DNA of 64,000 bases, from positions 2,463 to 66,462 of the forward strand of contig JABIEF010000055.1 of assembly GCA_018651345.1 (NCBI GenBank). Direction: 5' to 3'. The first letter of the stretch is position 1. Each line of letters opens with the position of its first letter. The notes below the pieces were generated by a model. It did not search any database and was not told where the DNA came from. It worked only from the letters and a program-made list of their open reading frames with translations. A program made the position numbers and the translations under genes. Positions 9,924-20,681 of this stretch are shown piece by piece. Source of the stretch: Rhodobiaceae bacterium. GTDB taxonomy: Bacteria; Pseudomonadota; Alphaproteobacteria; Rhizobiales; TMED25.

Positions 9924-11837
9924 CTAAGAATTTATTTTAAATTTAAAATTATTAAGCTCTATAATCATAAAATCATATAGTCCTGCACCCTTTTTATCAA
10001 CGGAATCCCTAATGCAGCTATAGATATTATTATCACTCCATTTTCTTTGCATGCTTAATACTTGTGAATCGCTAAAACCATCATTTTTTAAAGTTTGAGA
10101 TATGCTATCTAATAAGTAAATAAGTTTTTGTATATTTGATTCATACCAAATATCTCTTAAATTCTCTTCACCAGATGGAAAAATATAATGATCGTCCTTT
10201 AATTGCTTTAAGTGCAATACCCGTTCAGCAATTTCTTGCAAACATGACATACCCCCTATTGATTTTACAGCGTCTCTTATATCTCTTAATGGTGTTTTCC
10301 CATCCCGTGCTATGTATTTTTTTTTAATTGATATAGGTTGTTGAGCGTAAAAAGGTATCTCAGCAGGATCTTGAGCCTTATTTTCCTTCAAAAAACATTT
10401 TAATACATGATCTTGATCACCAGTTAATAATAAAGATAACATCTGACGAATTGTGGGGTTCTTAATGCCAGCTTTAATTAATCTTTCTTTTGCAAGAGGC
10501 AAAGCATTCGGACGATCTGTTGAGATAGTATATTCTTTAATTTTATATAAATTTTTTAGTTTGATGGCTTTTCTAACTAAATCCTTATTAGTAGATTCTG
10601 GCATTTTACCATGCAACCCTATAAGATAATTTATAATACCTGGGTATAATGTATGATAAATATCTCTTCCTTCCAATTCATGCCAAAGAGATATTGCGGC
10701 CTGTCCTGTGGTATTAGCAGCATATGGAGTAACCTGTGTTGGTTGCCCTAAATCATCTAATATTTTAGACTGCATGGAATATATTGCAATTTGAATTGAA
10801 TCCCAATCAGCTAATTCATTGTTTTTACCAAGTAATCTTCCTAAATTCTCAACCAAACCTGGAACTGACTTCAAAGTTGCCGAAGCACCACCAGCTGCAC
10901 GCGCATCATGCATAGAGTCAATTAACTTGGAGCTATAAGAAGATTCATAATCACGATATTGAAAACGCAATGCAAGCAAACTCTTCATACTAGCTTTGAT
11001 AGAATCTATATTTAATTTAGGAGCATTAGTATTAATCTTCATATCTGGATGATTTTTTATCAAACCTATCATTTTATTCATACTAGGATGCGAAGTTGAA
11101 CCCGATAGGGCAGGATGCTGAACATCCATTGTAATTACACATCCACGTTCAACAGCTGCTTTCGCTGCAGCAATATAACAAGCCGGAGCCATTCCATAAG
11201 TTGAATGCGAATGTATGGTAATATCTTCATCTGGAAAACTATCATAAAGAGCAGATGCTAGTACGTAAACAAATTTTGGATCGAGACACCCGCTTGCTGA
11301 TTTAAGATAAAAACCTTGATATCCCATATCAATTAACTCATTAGCAAATTGTAAGCATCCTTCGACTGTTATGTTAGGATTATCTTCAATACATATCGTA
11401 CCTTGTGCAATAATATTATAGCCATCTTTTTTTGCTTCTTGAACAGCTTTAATAATACCAACAAGTGCGCGCGGATCATTCATACCGTGGAAAGTTTGAA
11501 GAATATTTATACCTAATTTAGCATATTCAAGAACTAATTCTTTGATAACATCATAAGGTTGTGGTTCATAGCCAAATAAAAAATCTCCACGAATAAGAGC
11601 TGATTGTTTAACACCACGTTGCCTAAAATGAGAAATTAACTTTTCAACTTCTTCCCATTCATTTCTGCCCTTCTTAGCAAATAAATCAAAGAAAGTTCCC
11701 CCAGCTGTTTGAATGGAATCTGTTCCAATTAGGTGGGCGGATGGATATGCATCTATGATTTCTTGAGCAGAAGGGTTTGTACCTAACAGTGATTGAATTC
11801 CATCACGTAAGACATCCTGAAAACGAATTAATGACAT
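9924..11837 (-). CDS. Divergent OadA/PycB-like carboxyltransferase (HMGL-like TIM barrel) with no biotinyl domain and a roughly 150-aa C-terminal extension of unknown function
   Basis: Alignable by eye to oxaloacetate decarboxylase alpha / pyruvate carboxylase subunit B: DVLRDGIQSL (canonical D..LRDAHQSL), AGGTFFD, LIRGDFLFGY, MNDPRA, AQGTICI, LKSASG (canonical KDMAG), IHSHSTYGMA and QVTPYAANTTGQA. There is no (A/E)MKM biotinylation motif anywhere in the 637 aa. Confidence 0.65.
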   Translation of the reverse strand: MSLIRFQDVLRDGIQSLLGTNPSAQEIIDAYPSAHLIGTDSIQTAGGTFFDLFAKKGRNEWEEVEKLISHFRQRGVKQSALIRGDFLFGYEPQPYDVIKELVLEYAKLGINILQTFHGMNDPRALVGIIKAVQEAKKDGYNIIAQGTICIEDNPNITVEGCLQFANELIDMGYQGFYLKSASGCLDPKFVYVLASALYDSFPDEDITIHSHSTYGMAPACYIAAAKAAVERGCVITMDVQHPALSGSTSHPSMNKMIGLIKNHPDMKINTNAPKLNIDSIKASMKSLLALRFQYRDYESSYSSKLIDSMHDARAAGGASATLKSVPGLVENLGRLLGKNNELADWDSIQIAIYSMQSKILDDLGQPTQVTPYAANTTGQAAISLWHELEGRDIYHTLYPGIINYLIGLHGKMPESTNKDLVRKAIKLKNLYKIKEYTISTDRPNALPLAKERLIKAGIKNPTIRQMLSLLLTGDQDHVLKCFLKENKAQDPAEIPFYAQQPISIKKKYIARDGKTPLRDIRDAVKSIGGMSCLQEIAERVLHLKQLKDDHYIFPSGEENLRDIWYESNIQKLIYLLDSISQTLKNDGFSDSQVLSMQRKWSDNNIYSCIRDSVDKKGAGLYDFMIIELNNFKFKINS

Positions 11838-11901
11838 AAATGATAACTCTCTATATATAAAATTTTAAATGAATAAAACACTGAGCTCTTTATATAACTA
11901 A

Positions 11902-13455
11902 TTATATGGAGTCAATTTTCGTTTTTTTTTCTTTTTCAGCTTTGGCTAATAATTTATTTAAAGCATTCAAATATGCCCTTGCTGAAGCAACAAGCGTATC
12001 AGTATCAGCGCTTCTTCCGATTGTTGAAGTCCCATTATCTTCTAACCTAACGCTAACTTCTGCTTGAGCATCAGTGCCTTCTGTAACAGCTTGAACCTGG
12101 TAAAGAGGTAATGCAACTTTATGTGGGAAAAGCGCCTTAATACTATTAAAAATTGCATCGACTGGTCCATCTCCGGTAGATGTGTTTGTAGTCAATACAC
12201 CGTCGATTTCAAGGGTAATCTCAGCTTTTTGAGGACCTTCAGTTCCTGCGAAGACTGACAAGTTTTTTAACTTTAATCTATCACTTGAACTAGCAATCTC
12301 GTCATCAACAACTGCCATTATATCCTCATCATACACATTCTTTTTTTTATCTGCTAAGCTTTTAAATCTTTCGAATGCATCTTGAAAAGCGTTATCTCCT
12401 AAAACATACCCTAACTCTGCTAATTTTTCTCTAAAAGCATGCCTACCAGAATGCTTACCCATCACAAGTGTAGATTCTTTTAAACCTATGCTTTCAGGAC
12501 TCATTATTTCATATGTATTGCTATTTTTTAACATACCATCTTGATGAATACCGGATTCGTGAGCAAACGCATTCTTTCCAACAATTGCTTTATTGTACTG
12601 TACAGGGAAAGCAGTTACAGCTGATACTAATTTTGATGCACGCAATATCATAGTTGAATCAATATTCATATTATACGGCAATATGTCCGCTCTAGTCTTA
12701 ACTGCCATTACAACTTCTTCTAAGGCAGCATTACCTGCCCTCTCACCCAAACCATTTATTGTACACTCTATTTGCCGCGCACCTGCTTCAATGCCTGCTA
12801 GTGAATTTGCAACCGCTAACCCTAAATCATTATGACAGTGAGTTGAAAAAATCACTTTTTCAGAGCCAGCAACTCTATTCATAAGATTTTTTATCAAATT
12901 ACCAAATTCTTTTGGTGTAGAATATCCAACGGTATCTGGAATGTTAATCGTAGTAGCACCTGATTTTATGGCAACATCACAACATCTGCACAAAAATTCT
13001 AAAGGAGTACGAGTTGCGTCCATACCTGACCACTCTACATCGTCAATAAGATTCCTTGCCTGTGTTACAGTTTTTCTAATTATTTCAAGAACCTCTTCTT
13101 CTGATTTATGCATTTGATGCTCTAAATGAATGGGTGATGTAGAAACAAAAGTATGTATTCTACCCTGCCTAGCTTTTTTAACCGCTTCACCAGCGCGTGC
13201 TATATCGTCAGATATTGCTCTTGCTAATCCGGCTATAATAGAATTATTAGATCTTTCAGCAACAGCTGAAACGGCATCAAAGTCTCCATTTGAAGCAATA
13301 GGAAATCCAGCCTCAATAATATCAACACCCATCTCATCTAACAGTTCAGCTACTTGAATCTTTTCCTCAAGTGTCATTGTGGCGCCAGGAGATTGCTCAC
13401 CATCCCGCAATGTCGTATCAAAAATCCTTATATGGTTATCTGAACTGTTTTCCAT
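11902..13455 (-). CDS. leuA: 2-isopropylmalate synthase
   Basis: 517 aa with IFDTTLRDGEQSPG, HCHNDLGLAVANSLAG and a C-terminal LeuA dimerisation/regulatory domain. It follows ilvC after 21 nt. Confidence 0.95.
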   Translation of the reverse strand: MENSSDNHIRIFDTTLRDGEQSPGATMTLEEKIQVAELLDEMGVDIIEAGFPIASNGDFDAVSAVAERSNNSIIAGLARAISDDIARAGEAVKKARQGRIHTFVSTSPIHLEHQMHKSEEEVLEIIRKTVTQARNLIDDVEWSGMDATRTPLEFLCRCCDVAIKSGATTINIPDTVGYSTPKEFGNLIKNLMNRVAGSEKVIFSTHCHNDLGLAVANSLAGIEAGARQIECTINGLGERAGNAALEEVVMAVKTRADILPYNMNIDSTMILRASKLVSAVTAFPVQYNKAIVGKNAFAHESGIHQDGMLKNSNTYEIMSPESIGLKESTLVMGKHSGRHAFREKLAELGYVLGDNAFQDAFERFKSLADKKKNVYDEDIMAVVDDEIASSSDRLKLKNLSVFAGTEGPQKAEITLEIDGVLTTNTSTGDGPVDAIFNSIKALFPHKVALPLYQVQAVTEGTDAQAEVSVRLEDNGTSTIGRSADTDTLVASARAYLNALNKLLAKAEKEKKTKIDSI

Positions 13456-13476
13456 CTATTCCTGTGTCGTAATGTT

Positions 13477-14505
<1,029 letters not shown>

Positions 14506-14629
14506 CTATCCCTTGTTGTTAATATATTTACAAATAAACAAAGAATTAGATATCATAAATAATTCTTTATATAAACTTTTTTTAATATTACTAAAATACT
14601 TACAGGCATTTTTATTTATATAAAAATAC

Positions 14630-15187
14630 CTACAAACCCTCTGCACCTCTTTTTAGAGCGGCAACTCCTGTTCTAGAAACTTCAACTAGCCCTACATGAG
14701 ACATTAGTGAAATAAATCTATCAATCTCTCTTGTTCGGCCCGTAATTTGAAAAATAAAACTCTCCAGTGTTGCATCAATGGTAATTGCATCAAATGCTTC
14801 AGCTAACCTTAAAGCTTCTAATCTCTCATTACCTTTACCTGCTACTTTAATTATCGCTAACTCTCTCTCTATAGCTCCTAATTCGCCAAATTCAGCAGTT
14901 AAGTCGGCAACTTTATGAACAGGCACTAATCTTTCTAATTGTACTTTAATTTGATCTATTACCGTTGGAGATCCATAGGTTACAATAGTTATTCTTGATA
15001 ATTGTTTTTCACGCTCAACTTCAGAAACTGTTAGTGAATCTATATTATAACCCCTTCCAGCAAACAATCCAATCACACGGGCCAATACCCCGGGCTCATT
15101 ATCAACGATAACCGACATTGTATGTTTTTCTTCTTGCTCTGAATTAGAACGAAGGTCGTATGTTGAGGTAGGTTCTTTTTTAACCAT
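14630..15187 (-). CDS. ilvN: Acetolactate synthase small (regulatory) subunit
   Basis: 185 aa with an ACT-domain N-terminus (HTMSVIVDNEPGVLARVIGLFAGRGYNIDSLTV). It sits directly downstream of the large subunit after a 22-nt gap. Confidence 0.9.
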   Translation of the reverse strand: MVKKEPTSTYDLRSNSEQEEKHTMSVIVDNEPGVLARVIGLFAGRGYNIDSLTVSEVEREKQLSRITIVTYGSPTVIDQIKVQLERLVPVHKVADLTAEFGELGAIERELAIIKVAGKGNERLEALRLAEAFDAITIDATLESFIFQITGRTREIDRFISLMSHVGLVEVSRTGVAALKRGAEGL

Positions 15188-15209
15188 CTTTAAATTCCTT
15201 CATTTATCA

Positions 15210-16976
15210 TTAAACCATTACCTTACCGTCATCACTTATTGCATTAGCAACAACCTCATCCGCAACATCTTCACCTAAAAGCATATCATTATGAGCACGT
15301 CCAGATGGTATCATTGGAAAACAATTGGTTAAGGATGCAACTTGACAATCAACTATCACAGGACCAGGTGTTTCTATCATTTGGGTTATAGCTGCATCAA
15401 GGTCTTTCGGGTTCTTAATCCTAATACCTGTTGCTCCATAAGCTTCAGCTAATTTTACAAAGTCTGGTAACGATTCTGAATAACTTTCTGACAATCTATT
15501 TCCATGTAACAATTGTTGCCATTGCCGAACCATACCCATATAACTATTATTTAAAATAAATACTTTTGTATTTAATCTATATTGCACAGCGGTAGATAAT
15601 TCTTGAATATTCATTAAAATAGAAGCGTCTCCAGCAATATCAATTACTAATGATTTAGGATGAGCAACTTGCACACCATTAGCCGCAGGCAACCCATAAC
15701 CCATAGTACCAAGACCACCAGATGTCATCCATCTATTTGGTTTTTCAAATTTATAAAATTGCGCAGCCCACATCTGATGCTGACCAACTTCTGTAGTTAT
15801 ATAAGTATCATAATTTTTTGTAATTTCGTAAAGTCTCTCTAAGGCCAATTGTGGCATAATTACATCAGCATTTTTCTTATATTTTAGGCAGTCTATTTTT
15901 CTCCAAGATTCTATCTCATTCCACCAATTATCGAATGGTGTTTGTACTTTTTCTATATTATCAGGCAATAACTCTAATAACTTTTTAAGCGTTATTCCAC
16001 AATCACCAATAATAGGAACCTCAACTTTTATATTTTTGTTAATAGATGTAGCGTCTATATCAATATGAATTTTTTTTGAATTCGGTGAAAATTCATCAAT
16101 TTTACCTGTAATTCTATCATCAAAGCGAGCGCCAACACACAACATGACATCGCAATCATGCATAGCCATATTTGCTTCATATGTTCCGTGCATGCCTAAC
16201 ATACCTAACCAATTTTTCTCTGAAGCTGGATAAGCCCCAAGCCCCATTAACGTTGAGGTTATAGGGTAGTTTGTCTTTTTGATAAATTCAGTAAGATATT
16301 CAGATGCCATCTTTCCTGAATTTATGACCCCCCCACCTGAATAAACAACGGGTTTTTTTGCATTTAATAGCAAATCAATAGCTCTTTTAATCTGCATTTC
16401 ATCAGGAGTTAGAATTGGATTATATGTCTTATGTTTAATTTTATTTAAATTTTGATAGTCACCTAATGCAAACTGTATATCCTTAGGAACATCGACAAGC
16501 ACAGGACCTGGTCTACCACTTTTTGCAACATAAAAAGCTTCATGCATAATTCTTGGCAGATCTTCAATATTTTTTACTAACCAATTATGTTTTGTGCATG
16601 CTCTTGTAATACCAACTGTGTCAGCTTCTTGAAAAGCGTCACTTCCAATCAAATGTGTAGGAACTTGACCACTTATGCATACAATAGGTATAGAATCTAA
16701 TAATGCATCTGTTAATGCGGTAACCGTATTAGTTGCACCTGGCCCTGACGTAACAATTAATACTCCTGTCTTCCCAGTAGATCTTGCATAACCCTCTGCG
16801 GCATGCCCTGCACCCTGTTCATGTCTAACCAAGATATGTTTAACTTCTTCTTGCTGAAATATAGCATCATAAATAGGCAGTACTGCACCTCCAGGGTAAC
16901 CAAATACAGAGTCTATCCCTTGGTCAGCAATTGCTTTTATTATCATTTCAGCGCCTGATATTTTATCTTGCATCAA
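15210..16976 (-). CDS. ilvB: Acetolactate synthase large (catalytic) subunit, biosynthetic type
   Basis: 588 aa with ThDP-enzyme motifs (GYPGGAVLPIYDA, GGLGTMGYGLPAA, GDASILMNIQEL). An AGGA is present upstream of the ATG. Confidence 0.95.
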   Translation of the reverse strand: MMQDKISGAEMIIKAIADQGIDSVFGYPGGAVLPIYDAIFQQEEVKHILVRHEQGAGHAAEGYARSTGKTGVLIVTSGPGATNTVTALTDALLDSIPIVCISGQVPTHLIGSDAFQEADTVGITRACTKHNWLVKNIEDLPRIMHEAFYVAKSGRPGPVLVDVPKDIQFALGDYQNLNKIKHKTYNPILTPDEMQIKRAIDLLLNAKKPVVYSGGGVINSGKMASEYLTEFIKKTNYPITSTLMGLGAYPASEKNWLGMLGMHGTYEANMAMHDCDVMLCVGARFDDRITGKIDEFSPNSKKIHIDIDATSINKNIKVEVPIIGDCGITLKKLLELLPDNIEKVQTPFDNWWNEIESWRKIDCLKYKKNADVIMPQLALERLYEITKNYDTYITTEVGQHQMWAAQFYKFEKPNRWMTSGGLGTMGYGLPAANGVQVAHPKSLVIDIAGDASILMNIQELSTAVQYRLNTKVFILNNSYMGMVRQWQQLLHGNRLSESYSESLPDFVKLAEAYGATGIRIKNPKDLDAAITQMIETPGPVIVDCQVASLTNCFPMIPSGRAHNDMLLGEDVADEVVANAISDDGKVMV

Positions 16977-17061
16977 TAATTCCTATATTTTTATATAAAA
17001 TAACAATAACATTACAAAAGTTACAATATAAATAAGATTCTTACAAATTCTTAATAACCAT

Positions 17062-17082
17062 AAAAAAAAGGGCTTAAGCCCC
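17062..17082 (-). terminator. Candidate intrinsic terminator (short GC hairpin plus U8) between miaA and ilvB
   Basis: The minus strand reads GGGGCTTAAGCCC followed by TTTTTTTT. A longer hairpin lies just upstream (17089-17125: GTGTCACC..GAAGAT-TTAA-ATCTTC..GGTGATAC). Confidence 0.5.
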
Positions 17083-17251
17083 ATTAATGTATCACCCTTA
17101 GAAGATTTAAATCTTCAGGTGACACTTCTAACGACTACGAGTGTAATAAAGTTAAAATACATAATTACAAAATCCTATAAATATTAACTAGAAATAAAAA
17201 ACTATATATATTTATATTGTATATTAAAAAAATAATCAAATAATAAATATA

Positions 17252-18178
17252 TTATTGAGCAATTTTTGAAAGAATATTTTCAACTCTTAAATCAACCGGA
17301 TCAATCCATTCCCAATCAACCATTTTCTTTCTTGCCCAAGTCAATTGCCTCTTAGCATATCTTTTCGTTAATAGGTTAATGGAATCAATAGCTTCCTGTT
17401 TATTGAATTTTCCATCTATTAATGCGGATAACTGACTTACACCTATAGCTTTCATAATAGGAAATTCATCTGAAATATTATTTTTAATCAGTTCTTCTAT
17501 TTCCTGAATGCAATCTATTTGTAACATTCTATTTGTTCTATTTCTTATATTTAGATGTAAACAATCTTTATTAGGATTTAAAAATATTCTAACACTATTA
17601 TGACTAGGTATTACTTTATCACCGCTACTCCTTCTCCACTCTTGAATAGAAATTCCTGTTTCTTCAAAAACCTCTAGTGCTCTAATAATTCTATTACTAT
17701 CATTTGGATTTAACGAAGCAGCTACTGCTGGATCAAGTTGAAGTAACTGCTGATAAAGATAAGAGCTACCCATATCATTTTTTATTCCTAGCCATTTTTT
17801 TCTAATTTTATCAGAAATTCCTGGTATGTTAGACAAAGACCCAAATAAACTATCAAAATAAAGCCCGGTTCCTCCAACTATTACAGTAACTAAATCTAAT
17901 TTTTCTGTGAATGTTATTATATCTTTCGCAGATTCAAGCCAATCACCTGCAGAATATCTTTTATTTGCATCAACGTTGCCATACAAAAAATGTGGAGTAT
18001 TTGCCTCGTCTTCTATACTAGGTCTTGCGGTAACAATTGATAATTGCTTGTATATTTGCATAGAATCTGCATTTATAATAATTCCTTTACATTTTTGTGC
18101 TATTTTTATAGCTAAGTTCGATTTACCACTGCCTGTTGGCCCTGCTATAAGAATCGTTCTATTATTAACTTTGTTCAT
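17252..18178 (-). CDS. miaA: tRNA dimethylallyltransferase
   Basis: P-loop GPTGSGKS about 15 aa from the chosen ATG at 18178 (MNKVNNRTILIAGPTGSGKS). The longer listed ORF (to 18271) would overlap serB and add a non-conserved extension. RQLTWARK lies near the C-terminus. Confidence 0.9.
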   Translation of the reverse strand: MNKVNNRTILIAGPTGSGKSNLAIKIAQKCKGIIINADSMQIYKQLSIVTARPSIEDEANTPHFLYGNVDANKRYSAGDWLESAKDIITFTEKLDLVTVIVGGTGLYFDSLFGSLSNIPGISDKIRKKWLGIKNDMGSSYLYQQLLQLDPAVAASLNPNDSNRIIRALEVFEETGISIQEWRRSSGDKVIPSHNSVRIFLNPNKDCLHLNIRNRTNRMLQIDCIQEIEELIKNNISDEFPIMKAIGVSQLSALIDGKFNKQEAIDSINLLTKRYAKRQLTWARKKMVDWEWIDPVDLRVENILSKIAQ

Positions 18179-18203
18179 CTTAATTAACTCGTGTAATAGT
18201 TTT

Positions 18204-19094
18204 ATGGAAAAAATTCTAACCTTAGCAACAAACCAAGATAATATTATATCATCTGAAACAATAGAAGTCATTGAAGATTATCTTGAAATAAAATTCAAAA
18301 TACATTGGATAGAAGAAGGGATTGCATGCGATCTAATTACTAGTAAATTAAATTCAGATGAGAATAAAGACTTGATAAAAAAAATTGAAATTATCTGCAA
18401 TAAATTAAAAATAGACTGGTCATTGCAAGCTGCTGCAAATAGGAGAAAGAAATTACTATTCTGCGATATGGATTCGACAATCATCGGCCAAGAATGTATT
18501 GATGAAATCGGAAGATATATTGGGAAGTATGATAAAATCTCTGAGATTACTGAAGAAGCGATGCAGGGAAAACTAACTTTCAATGAAGCTCTTGAAAAAA
18601 GAGTCCGTATGTTAAAAGATGTAAGTGAAGATGAGCTAGAAGAGATTTACAAATCATCAATTAAATTGAACAAAGGCGCTAATATCCTGATTTCGACGAT
18701 GAGAAAACATAATGCCTACACTGTTCTTATCTCCGGTGGATTTACATTCTTTACTTCTCGCATAGCCTCTTTGATATCTTTTAATGAACATCATGCAAAT
18801 GAATTAATCTTTAAAGAAAAGAAATTAACCGGAGAGTTAGAATTTCCTATACTTGGTTCAAATGAAAAATATAATAAATTAATTAAAATATCAAAAAAAA
18901 TGAATATAAGTAACAACGATATTGTTTCAATAGGCGACGGAGCAAATGATATTAAAATGATTGAGCATTCTAACCTAGGGATTGCCTATAAAGCTAAACC
19001 AATTTTGAAGTATTATGCAAACAGTCAAATAAATCATACAGACTTAATATCAGCTCTCTATTTCCAAGGGTTCAGTAAGAGTGAATTTGCTTAA
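18204..19094 (+). CDS. serB: Phosphoserine phosphatase
   Basis: HAD motifs DMDSTIIGQE (motif I), a SGGF context and GDGANDIKM (motif IV). The start is set at the internal ATG 18204 (MEKILTL...), giving 296 aa. The upstream part of the listed ORF is antisense to miaA. Confidence 0.85.
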   Translation: MEKILTLATNQDNIISSETIEVIEDYLEIKFKIHWIEEGIACDLITSKLNSDENKDLIKKIEIICNKLKIDWSLQAAANRRKKLLFCDMDSTIIGQECIDEIGRYIGKYDKISEITEEAMQGKLTFNEALEKRVRMLKDVSEDELEEIYKSSIKLNKGANILISTMRKHNAYTVLISGGFTFFTSRIASLISFNEHHANELIFKEKKLTGELEFPILGSNEKYNKLIKISKKMNISNNDIVSIGDGANDIKMIEHSNLGIAYKAKPILKYYANSQINHTDLISALYFQGFSKSEFA

Positions 19095-19128
19095 ATCTCT
19101 AATTAAAGCTAATCAATCAAATCTTTTG

Positions 19129-20598
19129 TTAATTTATTTTGATTGGAAATATTTTAATCATATTAGATCCTCTTTTAACATGAAGCAGCATTAATGATTT
19201 ATTTTGTTGCCTATATATATCAATTATACGAATAAATTGCTCTACATTTAATAGAACTGGTTTTGGAACAATTCTAATAATAATATCACCCTCTCTTAAG
19301 CCTCTTAAATATGCATCGGACGAACTATTAATACCAGATACTATCAAACCTTTTTCATTTGCCTCTAAATTATATTTTTCAATCATAGAAGCTGAAATTT
19401 TTGACAGAGCAAATCCAAGTTCATCAATATATTCAGATTCATCTGCTAAATCGACTTCTAACGAAGCTATTTCTAGCTCTTTTTCATCTAACCTATCTAC
19501 TCTGACCCGTTTGTTGATATTTTTTCCATTACGAATAATAGAAACATTGACGGTACTTCCAATCTTTGTTTGAGCTACGACTTTTGGTAGCTCTCTCATT
19601 TCTTTTATTTCTATACCGCCGAAAGAAACTATAACATCTCCAGCTTTAATACCTGCCCTTGAAGCGGGACTTGGAATATCAACGTCTGCAACTAATGCGC
19701 CCTGATTAACTTTTAACCCTAAGCTTTCTGCTATTTCCTCAGTTACAATTTGTATCCTTACACCCAACCATCCTCTTTTAGTTTCTCCAAATTCATTAAG
19801 CTGATCTATTATATCGATAGCCGTATTTGACGGGATTGCAAAACCAATTCCTACAGAACCTCCTGAGGTTGATATTATTGCAGAATTAATTCCAATAACC
19901 TCACCGTTTACATTGAATAAAGGTCCGCCACTATTTCCTTTATTTATTGATGCATCTGTTTGAATAAAATCATCATAAGGCCCTGCATTTATATCCCTAT
20001 TCATTGCAGAGACAATCCCAGCAGTAACAGTTCCTCCTAAACCAAATGGATTACCTATAGCTAAAACCCAATCTCCTACTCGCAGCTCCTCGGATGAACC
20101 GAATTTTAATGCTTTTAATGACTGTTCTTTTTCAGGATTAACTTTTAAAACAGCAATATCTGTTTTAATATCTTTTCCGATGAGTTCTGCTTTTAGTTTA
20201 ATGCCATCAGAGAATATCACCTCAATCTCATCAGCCCCTTTTATTACATGAGCATTTGTTACAATAATCCCCGACTCATCGATTATAAAACCTGAACCTA
20301 ATGAACTAAAAGTCTTCTTTTGTGATTCTTTATTTTTTTCAAGCCAATCTTTATAAAAATCAGGAATACTTTGATCTTTTGGAATGGAAGGAGAGCTATC
20401 GTTATTCGACACAACTTGAGTAGTTGATATATTTACTACTGAATTAATAACGTCTTCTGCAAGATCAGCAAAATTTGGACCAATAATAACAGATGGGGTT
20501 ATTGAATTAGATGTTAACGCGTATGAGTTACTATTATGCAAACAAAGGATTAATATTGAGCATAATATTAATTTTATAATTGATAGCCTTATCTTCAT
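19129..20598 (-). CDS. degP: Periplasmic serine endoprotease DegP/HtrA family (trypsin domain plus two PDZ domains)
   Basis: Signal peptide, catalytic contexts TNAHV, DIAVLK and GNSGGPL, followed by two PDZ-like segments. Its position downstream of hflKC is the usual alphaproteobacterial context. Confidence 0.9.
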   Translation of the reverse strand: MKIRLSIIKLILCSILILCLHNSNSYALTSNSITPSVIIGPNFADLAEDVINSVVNISTTQVVSNNDSSPSIPKDQSIPDFYKDWLEKNKESQKKTFSSLGSGFIIDESGIIVTNAHVIKGADEIEVIFSDGIKLKAELIGKDIKTDIAVLKVNPEKEQSLKALKFGSSEELRVGDWVLAIGNPFGLGGTVTAGIVSAMNRDINAGPYDDFIQTDASINKGNSGGPLFNVNGEVIGINSAIISTSGGSVGIGFAIPSNTAIDIIDQLNEFGETKRGWLGVRIQIVTEEIAESLGLKVNQGALVADVDIPSPASRAGIKAGDVIVSFGGIEIKEMRELPKVVAQTKIGSTVNVSIIRNGKNINKRVRVDRLDEKELEIASLEVDLADESEYIDELGFALSKISASMIEKYNLEANEKGLIVSGINSSSDAYLRGLREGDIIIRIVPKPVLLNVEQFIRIIDIYRQQNKSLMLLHVKRGSNMIKIFPIKIN

Positions 20599-20681
20599 CT
20601 AATGCTCCTATATTTTTTATAAATAATTTCTGATGTATTGAATTTAATATATATATAAATTTTGTCAAAATTATGTTTTTT

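Noticed and set aside
14540-14568. Inverted repeat AAAGAATTA-N11-TAATTCTTT in the 133-bp ilvN-ilvC spacer (possible internal terminator or operator; it also shares AATAATTCTT with the sit repeat)
   Set aside because: The stem is almost pure A/T (one G:C pair) with no following U-tract on the transcribed strand. Its similarity to the sit operator is limited to a low-complexity half-site, so chance occurrence in AT-rich DNA is likely.
16990-17088. Possible ilvB leader peptide (MGLKPFFLWLLRICKNLIYIVTFVMLLLFYIKI, minus strand) suggesting classical attenuation
   Set aside because: The ORF starts just before the terminator hairpin and runs through it and the U-tract, instead of preceding it. It has no runs of tandem Val/Leu/Ile regulatory codons upstream of the terminator, and it is hydrophobic simply because the DNA is T-rich. 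The structural element is kept as a finding; the peptide is not.
17907-18271. Long mutually overlapping N-terminal extensions of the listed miaA (to 18271) and serB (from 17907) ORFs
   Set aside because: Each extension is simply the antisense of the other gene. Conserved N-termini (the P-loop of MiaA; the SerB regulatory domain plus DMDST) fit the internal ATGs at 18178 and 18204, leaving a 25-bp divergent spacer.
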